Made by a program: the position numbers and the translations under genes. Below, piece by piece: positions 30,764 through 39,037 of a stretch of 64,000 nucleotides of DNA (position 1 is the stretch's first letter; each line of letters starts with the position of its first letter). The notes below the pieces were generated by a model, which worked only from the letters and a program-made list of their open reading frames with translations, had not been told where the DNA came from and did no database searches. Source of the DNA: Nitrospirota bacterium (GTDB taxonomy: Bacteria; Nitrospirota; UBA9217); contig CAWJQQ010000009.1 in assembly GCA_963845065.1 (NCBI GenBank), forward strand, positions 896,001 to 960,000. The letters are read 5' to 3'.

Positions 30764-31027
30764 ATGTCACCGTTGAAAAAAAGCATACGGAAAACGCCAG
30801 AAGACAGCGTCCGAAACGCTGTACCATCATTTAGAGATTCGGCTCCAGACGCTACGACAGCTGATGAAATAGCTTTCGTAAAAAAGTATGCCTTCAATGT
30901 CATGGGAGATAAACTTGTCGCCCGGGAACATAGTGTCGGCAGGTTGCCAGAAGGCGACAATGACGTGGTTTTTCTGTTTACTCTTAAAACGAAGGGCATG
31001 ACCTTTATTTTTATATTCAAAAGATAA
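30764..31027 (+). CDS. hypothetical protein
   Basis: 87-aa ORF with protein-like composition; no recognised motif. Confidence 0.35.
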   Translation: MSPLKKSIRKTPEDSVRNAVPSFRDSAPDATTADEIAFVKKYAFNVMGDKLVAREHSVGRLPEGDNDVVFLFTLKTKGMTFIFIFKR

Positions 31028-31259
31028 TTCTTGAAATCTGAACTTACCATTCTGGACATACCGGACTATATTTCCGTAATTCTACCTCAAACGAAGCCAA
31101 AGCGCCACATTACAAAAAAAAGAAAACTACCCTATCAACGTGTTCAGAAAGACCTATACTCTAAAATAGGCTATCCAATTTGAGCTAAACCGACTACTTT
31201 TCTCATACGATTTACGCAAAAAAGATTGATAACCCAAGAATAATAAATAAGTACCAGTT

Positions 31260-31275
31260 TGGCATTTGTCTTGCT
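31260..31275 (+). promoter_or_regulatory. sigma54 promoter TGGCAT-TTGTC-TTGCT
   Basis: Exact -24/-12 spacing, 220 bp upstream of the HK. Confidence 0.6.
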
Positions 31276-31494
31276 TACTGAAGTCTAGTTATTTTAGAAT
31301 AATTACGTCACTTAATAATATAAAATCCATGGGTTGAGCAAAGATGTTCATCCGATAGTTCATATTCCTACTTGTTCGGGAAGGGGTTCTTGCAGGAGAA
31401 AAATATTAAAATTCGTTAAAAGATTTTTTGACAGCAAATATCATGTTTGCGCAGTTTTAGAGGTTGATATAAATTTAAAGTTGGAACAATCATA

Positions 31495-32499
31495 ATGAAA
31501 ACATTGTCTTTCACTATAGACACAAATCTTTGCATCAATTCATGGGGTGAAGAGATTGCTCATTTTACTGGCAAACCATTGGAGTCGTGTCAAGGAAACA
31601 AGTATTATGACGTTCTTCCATATATATATATTAAAGGGAACGATGCCCTTGCAGAAGTAGTACGCACAAATAAGCCGCTTTCTTTGAAAAAAATCCAAAT
31701 ACCCTGTCTATTCGCACACATTAATACCGATATAGATATCATTCCCATAAAATCGGCAAGTGGGAACGCTAGGGAAGTCAAAGTCACATTATGCCCCGAT
31801 TCGACTTGTACGGCTGCGCATAAACTAGATCAGTCGCAAAAGCTCATTAACATCGGGAAAATAGCGTCCACGCTGGCTCATGGTGTGAGAAATCCCTTGA
31901 ATGCCATTAAAGGTGCGGTTGTCTATCTCAGTGAAAAATACAGCCATGAAGCGCCGCTTGTTGAATTTACCAAGATCATGGAGGATGAAATCTCTCGTCT
32001 TGAGAATTTTATCTCGAAATTCCTCAGCTCGTCCGTTTCGGATATAGAAGATAAGGAAACAGACATTAATTCCTTGCTGAAGAAAATAGAGGTTTTTATT
32101 TCGCTGCAGATTTATACACGGAACATCCAGTCTTTTTTTGAGTTCGGGGAAATACCACCCGTCATCATTAATTCGTTTCACCTGGAGCAAGCGATTCTCA
32201 ATGTCATCAATAACGCTATAGATGCCATGGGTAACGGCGGCCAGTTGAGGATCGGCACATCTACAGAAGAACGCGGCGGGAAGATTTACGTCGTGGTTTC
32301 CGTTGCCGATACAGGTCAGGGGATGGTGCATAAACGCATCGGCGAGCTTTCTTCAGATCAAGAGGGCAACGGAAGAGGTTTCGGCCTCTTCATCACTTAC
32401 GAAATATTAAAGCATTACCATGGCCATCTGGAGATTGACAGCAAAATGAATTGTGGAACGACGATCAAGCTTTTCATTCCATCTCGATCCAAAGTGTGA
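31495..32499 (+). CDS. cytoplasmic PAS-like sensor histidine kinase, copy A
   Basis: 'LAHGVRNPL', 'NNAIDAM', 'DTGQG', 'GRGFGL'. Confidence 0.93.
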   Translation: MKTLSFTIDTNLCINSWGEEIAHFTGKPLESCQGNKYYDVLPYIYIKGNDALAEVVRTNKPLSLKKIQIPCLFAHINTDIDIIPIKSASGNAREVKVTLCPDSTCTAAHKLDQSQKLINIGKIASTLAHGVRNPLNAIKGAVVYLSEKYSHEAPLVEFTKIMEDEISRLENFISKFLSSSVSDIEDKETDINSLLKKIEVFISLQIYTRNIQSFFEFGEIPPVIINSFHLEQAILNVINNAIDAMGNGGQLRIGTSTEERGGKIYVVVSVADTGQGMVHKRIGELSSDQEGNGRGFGLFITYEILKHYHGHLEIDSKMNCGTTIKLFIPSRSKV

Positions 32500-32510
32500 G
32501 GGATGCTATT

Positions 32511-33863
32511 ATGACTGCGGCAAACGGCAAAAAAGTACTCATTGTTGATGATGAAGCAAATGCGCGTAAGGTGCTGTCGGCGATATTACAGCAAGAGGGC
32601 TATCACGTTCATGAATCAATGAGCGTTGACCACGCCGTGGGGCTTATGCACAGCGAAGATGTAGATGCCGTTATCACCGACCTGAAAATGCCCAACAAGG
32701 ACGGCTTCCAGCTGTTTAACTACATTTCCCAGCATCATCCGCATACTCCGGTTGTATTTTTGACCGCATATGGTTCCGTGGAGTCCGCAGTAAATGCCAT
32801 GACCAGCGGCGCCTATTATTACTTCATCAAGCCGCCTGATTATTCAAAGCTCAAAAATGTCCTTGCAACGGCGATAGAAACGAGCTCAGTTCACAAAAAA
32901 TTTGAGGACCTGAAAAAGAAATCGTCCCGGGAAAGCAATTCCCCCAGTTTTATCGGGCAATCACCGTCGATGGTGAGCATTATGAAAACCATTGAAATGG
33001 TCAAAGACTCGGAAAGCAGCGTGCTCATCCAGGGGGAAACCGGTACGGGGAAAGAGGTAATCGCGTCCAACCTGCATTACCTCAGTAAACGCTTCAACAA
33101 GCCCTTTGTCGCTATAAACTGCGCCGCGATACCCCGAGAGCTCATCGAATCGGAGCTTTTCGGCTATGAGAAAGGCGCTTTTACTGGTGCGACGACATCG
33201 AGGACAGGAAAATTCGAGGAAGCCATGGGCGGCACGATGTTTCTTGATGAGATCGGAGAACTTGATATCTCCGTACAAGCCAAGCTTCTTCGGGTCTTGC
33301 AGGAACGGGAGATCGTGCGGCTTGGAACGAACAATAGATTTAAGGTCAACTTCAGGCTTGTCTCATCAACGAATAAGAACCTCAAACAGGAGGTGGAACA
33401 AGGCAGATTTCGAGAAGATCTATTTTACCGTCTCAACGTCGTAAAGATAAGCGTACCCCCCCTTCGTGAACGGAAAGAGGATATACCATTGCTTGCAGCA
33501 GAGTTCGTACATACGTTTTCGATCCGTGAAAACAGGCCATTCTTCTTTAGCGATGAAGTCATGGAAATTTTAATGCAATACGACTGGCCTGGAAATGTCC
33601 GGCAACTTAGGAACATCATTGAAAGGGCCGCAGTCCTTGCACGAGGTGAGCGCATAACGATACACGAGCTACCGGAAGAATTCAATAGCCATCGTCAGCA
33701 CCTACCGGCCGACAGCGCCGTAAAACCACTGAAAGTACTGGAACGCCAAGCCATTACCGAGGCACTTCAGGTATTTCACGGCAACAAATCCAAGGCCGCA
33801 CTCAATCTTGGTATATCGAGAAAGACTTTCTATAAGAGACTTAGCGAACTAGCCCTTTCATAA
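32511..33863 (+). CDS. NtrC-family sigma54 response regulator, copy A
   Basis: REC domain, GETGTGKE, GAFTGA, WPGNVR, Fis-type HTH. Confidence 0.95.
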   Translation: MTAANGKKVLIVDDEANARKVLSAILQQEGYHVHESMSVDHAVGLMHSEDVDAVITDLKMPNKDGFQLFNYISQHHPHTPVVFLTAYGSVESAVNAMTSGAYYYFIKPPDYSKLKNVLATAIETSSVHKKFEDLKKKSSRESNSPSFIGQSPSMVSIMKTIEMVKDSESSVLIQGETGTGKEVIASNLHYLSKRFNKPFVAINCAAIPRELIESELFGYEKGAFTGATTSRTGKFEEAMGGTMFLDEIGELDISVQAKLLRVLQEREIVRLGTNNRFKVNFRLVSSTNKNLKQEVEQGRFREDLFYRLNVVKISVPPLRERKEDIPLLAAEFVHTFSIRENRPFFFSDEVMEILMQYDWPGNVRQLRNIIERAAVLARGERITIHELPEEFNSHRQHLPADSAVKPLKVLERQAITEALQVFHGNKSKAALNLGISRKTFYKRLSELALS

Positions 33864-33901
33864 TTGCCCCAAAAAGATTGTCATAAAATCGACTACTTTA
33901 A

Positions 33902-35033
33902 CTTATCACCCGGAATTCCTCTTTCGAAAGGGAGGTGATGAAAGGCGACATTTTTAACAAGATTTGATCCACGTACTATCTTTTACAGTACTGCAATGTT
34001 GAAAATAAAAACATATAAGTACCGCCTTTATCCTACGAAAAAACAAACATTGATTCTCACTCAAACCCTTGATGCCTGTCGGATACTCTATAATTCATGT
34101 ATCGTAGACAGAAAAAACGCTTTTAAAAAGACCGGCAAGAGGCCTACCAGGATACGATAGGAGGAGATCCTTAAGAGCGACAAAACCAGAATAAATTCCG
34201 TTGATGGCATCCACTCTCAAGTTCTACAGAATGTTTTGTTCCGCGTTGACCGGTCCTTTCAGAATTTCTTTCGCAGGGTTAAAGACAAGTCCGGGAAAGC
34301 CGGTTACCCGAGGTTTAAGGGTATAGGACAGTACGACTCCCATCCATTATCCACAGGTTCCAGGGTTCGAGCTAACGCCGCAGGGTCTTAAACTTTCCAA
34401 GATAGGAACCATCAAGACAACGCTTCACCGCCCTATCGTTGGATATCAAAACCTGTACGGTAAAAAGAGAACTCGATAAATGGTATGCCTGTTTCGGCGT
34501 TGAGTATTCGCCAATTCCCAGACCTGCATCTGATAAGGCCGTCGGGATAGACGTAGGCATCTATAACTTCGCTGTCCTTTCTACGGATGAAGCGATAGAA
34601 AACTCCAGGCACCTGCGAACTGCGGAGAGAAAACTCAAAAAGAAGCAACGCAGGTATTCCAAAAACAGGGGAAGTCTCGCGTCGTACTTGCAAAGCTTCA
34701 CCGGAAGGTCCGCAGAAATGAATGTGGGGACATTTTCTCAATTTATCTTGCATACAAAGCGGAAGAAGCTGGGTGCAAGTTTGAGATAGTCGCTCCTCAC
34801 CACACAAGCATCATTTACAGCCGTTGTGGAGAACCAGTCCCCAAAACACTTGCCGAAAGGATGCATAGTTGCCCCTTCTGTAAGACCGTTCTGGAACGGG
34901 ACCACAACGCCGCAATAAATATTCTGAGAAAGTCTACTGCATGAACTGCCGAAATCTACGCTTGGGGAGCGGCTGTGCATCAATGCCTCTCAACGAACCA
35001 AAAAGCCTCGTCCGTAAGGGCGAAGTAGTTCAC
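33902..35033 (+). mobile_element. decayed IS200/IS605 element
   Basis: TTAA then left hairpin; right end hairpin-GTAGTTCAC. Confidence 0.8.
33997..34943 (+). pseudogene. tnpB: tnpB pseudogene (in-frame stop, frameshifts, deletions)
   Basis: 'KTYKYRLYPTKKQ', 'AVGIDVG', 'RDHNAAINIL' across different frames. Confidence 0.88.
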
Positions 35034-35135
35034 GGTGCTCATTATGCAGCAACAACATAATTATTGTTTTGATATTAAGAGGACAAACGTTCATTTTTCT
35101 GATATAATGAACGACAAAGGTTGAGCCTGCTATAC

Positions 35136-35207
35136 AAACCCGCTGGTTTCAGACGAAAAACCACCCTGTCGATCATGACATTCAAGCAAAACGACGTTGT
35201 ATGGAAC
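35136..35207 (+). pseudogene. short internal tnpB fragment
   Basis: Aligns by eye to about 27826-27900 (ccc.ctggtttcagacgaaaaac...cattcaa.caaa). Confidence 0.6.
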
Positions 35208-35271
35208 CTACGTAATTTGCGATCCGTTTCATGCACTTCCTATGGTGTTTCTAGGGACGAAAGGTGAAAAA

Positions 35272-35763
35272 ATGAACATCGAGATCTCCGTAAAAGAATA
35301 CCGCGACCTTCTGGACATCCTGCATATCGCCGATGTGATTATGTCCGGACATCGGAAAGAGGAGGACAAGCGCAGTGTTCGGCACCGTGAGCTCATCCAG
35401 AAACTCTACGCACTTGCGGCGGGTGAAGGTCCTGACCGGCTGATCAGTTATAACGAGAGCGCACGCACCTATGGCCCGACGGCAGAATTTGAAGAAAGCA
35501 GCTTGGCGCACAAGTTGATCGACGAGTTCGGAGATCATCTCTTCTGGGATGGGCTGATCTCCCGATTATCATTCCGTGACGCGGCAGAGATTGCGGGTGG
35601 GAAAGATCGCCTCAATGCAATGAGCGACAGCGAACGTCAGGCAGCGGAAGGACCCATTCGACAGCGATACATCGAGGAATTCTCAAAGAATGGTATTGTC
35701 AATCTGGCCGTCATCCAGCGGTTCGACATTGGTGGTGGGATATCGGTAAAGACTTCGGACTAA
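35272..35763 (+). CDS. hypothetical protein
   Basis: 163-aa helical ORF with RBS; no recognised motif. Confidence 0.7.
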   Translation: MNIEISVKEYRDLLDILHIADVIMSGHRKEEDKRSVRHRELIQKLYALAAGEGPDRLISYNESARTYGPTAEFEESSLAHKLIDEFGDHLFWDGLISRLSFRDAAEIAGGKDRLNAMSDSERQAAEGPIRQRYIEEFSKNGIVNLAVIQRFDIGGGISVKTSD

Positions 35764-35949
35764 TCTCTTTGAAACTGCGCTCAATACAGAGTGCATGCTT
35801 ACAGGCTTTGTAGATCTTTCGGCAGTTTATTTCAAAAGTCTTCAGCAAAACAAGATAGAAGCTAGTCGTATGATACTGATAAGATCCTCGTGAGCAACAT
35901 ATAGTCCGAGTAATTAGTGATGAGCAAACCAGAGTTACGCAGCTTTTAT

Positions 35950-36010
35950 CTCAATGTGCCGTAAGACCCCGGCCGTGTAACCGGGGATATAAGGCGCTGG
36001 AGGATGTCAA
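35950..36010 (+). mobile_element. 61-bp miniature of the 27378-28858 element
   Basis: TTAT then ctcaatg.gccgtaagaccccggccgt..ggatataaggcgctgg joined directly to aggatgtcaa. Confidence 0.85.
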
Positions 36011-36070
36011 GTACCCATCAAAAGTTCTTATTTCCCGTTAATTACGATTATTTGTATGCATATCATTGTT

Positions 36071-36105
36071 TAATGCCCTCAGCCAGAGTCTGGCTGAGGG
36101 CATTA
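36071..36105. terminator. perfect 17-bp inverted repeat between convergent genes
   Basis: TAATGCCCTCAGCCAGA-G-TCTGGCTGAGGGCATTA. Confidence 0.7.
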
Positions 36106-36126
36106 GCATCCTAGCAGGTAATTTCC

Positions 36127-37161
36127 TTAGAATGAATAACGCACACCTAAAGAGGCAGTGTAATGCGGCGCGAGTTGTATTCCATAGAGTTCCTGATAGA
36201 GGGGGTATTGATAGAAGGCGTATACCGAAACCTGCTGATTGATCGACACAGAGATGCCAGGGCTGATATAGAGCAATATTCCGCCTGTATTGAGTTCATC
36301 CGCGTTCGATCCCACATCATGCTGAACGTACCGATAGTTTAGCTGAAGGATGGGGCCAACATTGGGAATGCCGGCGAATCGCAAACCCACGTTAAAGTTG
36401 AAGCCGTCGCCCGGTCTGTAGTCATCTCTTGAGTCCAACGCCTTTTGAAACAACGCCTGAGTGAAGTAATCAAAGTTCTGGTTCAGGCCATCAGCATAAT
36501 ATGCGCCCAGTATTACATCGGTGGTGCCGGTACCCGGTTCCAAGCCGCGGTCAATTGCAACCGGGCCAGGCGCGTTCGGATCAGTCGAGTTTCCTGTGTC
36601 AGTATAGCTTCCAGTTGGCAGCTTGATTCCATAGAGAATGCCAAACCTGCACTGTGGAGTAAAGCCTTGGTAGCGGCCGATTATTTTTATATCGCCAAAA
36701 CTGGAAGTATGTGAGTCGTATTGTCCTCCACCAGGTCCTGCAGTAGAACCGTCCGATGCAGTACCCAGCGTACTGTGCTTTCTGTCGATATAGGGTGCTT
36801 GAATATTAACGCCCCAGTCGCGGCTTACGCTGTAGTCGATTCCCAAGGTGAGGTAATTGTTAATAGTGTATTTCTCGACTTCCGCCGGACTACCGTTGAT
36901 CATGACCTGGCTGGCGGCCGTGGGTGAAATCGGTTTGACCCCGCTCCGAAGCTGGTCTTGATCAATATAGTTGTAGCTTAAATCAAGCTTAAGTCCCGAC
37001 GTAGAAGAAAACTGCAGATTTTCCCAATCATTACTCAATGTACATCCACAGCTTGCACAGGCCTTTGCATTGCCTGAAGATAAGAGCAAGGCGATTGAAG
37101 CCATAATGAATGCGGCTGTGTTGTTTATTAATGTTAGCATAAAAAAAGTCTTTTGTTGCAC
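36127..37161 (-). CDS. outer-membrane beta-barrel with N-terminal CxxCxC
   Basis: Signal peptide then 'CASCGC'; 'KLPTG', 'PGTGTTD'; C-terminal VRYSF; start uncertain. Confidence 0.85.
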   Translation of the reverse strand: MQQKTFFMLTLINNTAAFIMASIALLLSSGNAKACASCGCTLSNDWENLQFSSTSGLKLDLSYNYIDQDQLRSGVKPISPTAASQVMINGSPAEVEKYTINNYLTLGIDYSVSRDWGVNIQAPYIDRKHSTLGTASDGSTAGPGGGQYDSHTSSFGDIKIIGRYQGFTPQCRFGILYGIKLPTGSYTDTGNSTDPNAPGPVAIDRGLEPGTGTTDVILGAYYADGLNQNFDYFTQALFQKALDSRDDYRPGDGFNFNVGLRFAGIPNVGPILQLNYRYVQHDVGSNADELNTGGILLYISPGISVSINQQVSVYAFYQYPLYQELYGIQLAPHYTASLGVRYSF

Positions 37162-37215
37162 CTGCTGAGTGATAAATATTTTTCATCCGCATGGTGCAAT
37201 CTCCTCGTTTAAATG

Positions 37216-37707
37216 TTATTGTTGTTTCAACAACTTGTCGATTTCTTTTTCATACATCTGCAGAAACTCCTTGCCGAAACCCAAATGCATATAGCGTATA
37301 ACTCCGTCTCGACCGATTACGAATGCTGTCGGCAATGTTCTAAAATTGTATGCCCATCTGATGTTGTCTTTTTTGTCTATCAGAATCGTAAAAGTGACCG
37401 AGACTTTTTGAAGAAATTCAGTCACCTGCTTTTCCGACGTATCAATACCTATGCCGATAACTTCGAGGCCGTCTTTGGTGTATTTTTTATACAACGCGTC
37501 GAGCGCAGGAAGCTCTTCCCGGCACTGATCACACCAGGGAGCCCAAAAATCCAGGAATACCACCTTGCCCTTGAACTGCTGCAGACTGACTGATTTCCCT
37601 GTCAAATCTGGTAAACTGAATTCAGGCGCGATTGACCCGACCTGGCCTGCATAAGCGAAGGCTGGCAGCAGCATCGCGAGCAACAGTGTAGTAATGAGGA
37701 CTTTCAT
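37216..37707 (-). CDS. TlpA/ResA thioredoxin-like disulfide reductase
   Basis: 'APEFSL', 'FWAPWCDQC', 'LPT'. Confidence 0.92.
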   Translation of the reverse strand: MKVLITTLLLAMLLPAFAYAGQVGSIAPEFSLPDLTGKSVSLQQFKGKVVFLDFWAPWCDQCREELPALDALYKKYTKDGLEVIGIGIDTSEKQVTEFLQKVSVTFTILIDKKDNIRWAYNFRTLPTAFVIGRDGVIRYMHLGFGKEFLQMYEKEIDKLLKQQ

Positions 37708-38025
37708 TGAGTGTTCTCCTAAAATGAGTATACATTGGATTTCTGCATATTTTTACCGTCAAATACCGAATAAACATTAATCAATATACAAATATCATTT
37801 TTTTACTCTTAAGCTGCTTCTATGACCAAAATTTAATTATACCAACAAAAATCATTCACTTTCAGAAACAATGGCTGATAAATGTCTAGTGATTTTTTCC
37901 CAATGCAAAACGAGCTGTTAAGTGTAACTTATAATTGAGAACAATCCCAGAGATGCACTTAAGAGGCACATGTGCACGTACATCTCCAAAGCAGGCTCAC
38001 TCGAGACTTCGGTATCAAGTGCAGA

Positions 38026-38307
38026 TTAAGCTTTTGGAGGCCGGTCGTTTTGAAAGGCGATAAAGAAAGGTCTACGAGGGCTTAAGACTTCAGAAAATTT
38101 CTGAAGACATAGGGGGATAAGCTGATAGGAGCACTCATTCACGCAGGGCATATTCCCCGATAATGATAGGGCAGGATTACCTGCGTGGCATATGTCAAGA
38201 GTACCAATCATGGCGTTGCCGTTATGACCGCATGTAAGAGAAAAGGAAGGCGGTACGAAGATGCTTAGGGCAATTGCTAGAAGCACAATGACAGTTTGCC
38301 ATTTCAT
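38026..38307 (-). CDS. DUF2946-like small protein
   Basis: Signal/TM segment, 'LDICH', 'CVNEC', C-terminal 'RPPKA'. Confidence 0.6.
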   Translation of the reverse strand: MKWQTVIVLLAIALSIFVPPSFSLTCGHNGNAMIGTLDICHAGNPALSLSGNMPCVNECSYQLIPLCLQKFSEVLSPRRPFFIAFQNDRPPKA

Positions 38308-38690
38308 AAAATAATCTTAAAGCTATACTTGCAATTTGTCAACAGAAAGATGCAGTTTCTAAATTGCCGTTTATCCCAGTTCTCTGTTCATCAGACAGGA
38401 ATACATGGTGCGCGTGATATCTCTAGCCAATAACACGGAGTCCCGTTCAGGGTACTGTCATTTTTCTTACGCTGGGTGCTTTCCTGGCAATGGTGGCTCC
38501 ACAGAGCTATGGAAATCGCTGTTTAGAATTGTGATTCTCTGAAGATGTGGTTACAATGAGACTAATTATGCCGATGATTTCCAGGCCTCTTCCCGTATAA
38601 TGCCGTTGCCTATTCGGCTTGACTTTCTTGACACATGCTACAATAATAGGGTCAAAGTGAATAGATAGTGAATCATGCCGGGGCGTAGTC

Positions 38691-38895
38691 ATGAAACAGA
38701 ATACCATGCGGAACATTCCCGATGAGGTTAGAGAGACGGTACAGTTAGTGGCTAAGCGAGTAAAAAGGGACACCAATTCCCATGGATGACCCGTGCGTTG
38801 CCGCGACAGCAATGCAGTATGGGATCAAGGTGCTGAACACCGATGGCCACTACCGCACTGTTCTGCATATAATTGTGGAATGCTACAGCGAGTAA
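38691..38895 (+). pseudogene. collapsed FitA-like antitoxin / VapC (PIN) remnant
   Basis: 'MKQNTMRNIPDEV' then, out of frame, 'KGTPIPMDDPCVAATAMQYGIKVLNTDGHY'. Confidence 0.7.
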
Positions 38896-39037
38896 ATAAG
38901 AGGCGGGAGTCTTTATGGTCGGATCTCTCTTCTTGTTGTCCATTTTCATTCTTTTTGGGTTTTATGATCTTCAGCACAACTGTTGTTTGGTTTAGCAGCA
39001 CCATTATGTGCAATCGTTATCGAACAAATGAGAGGGC

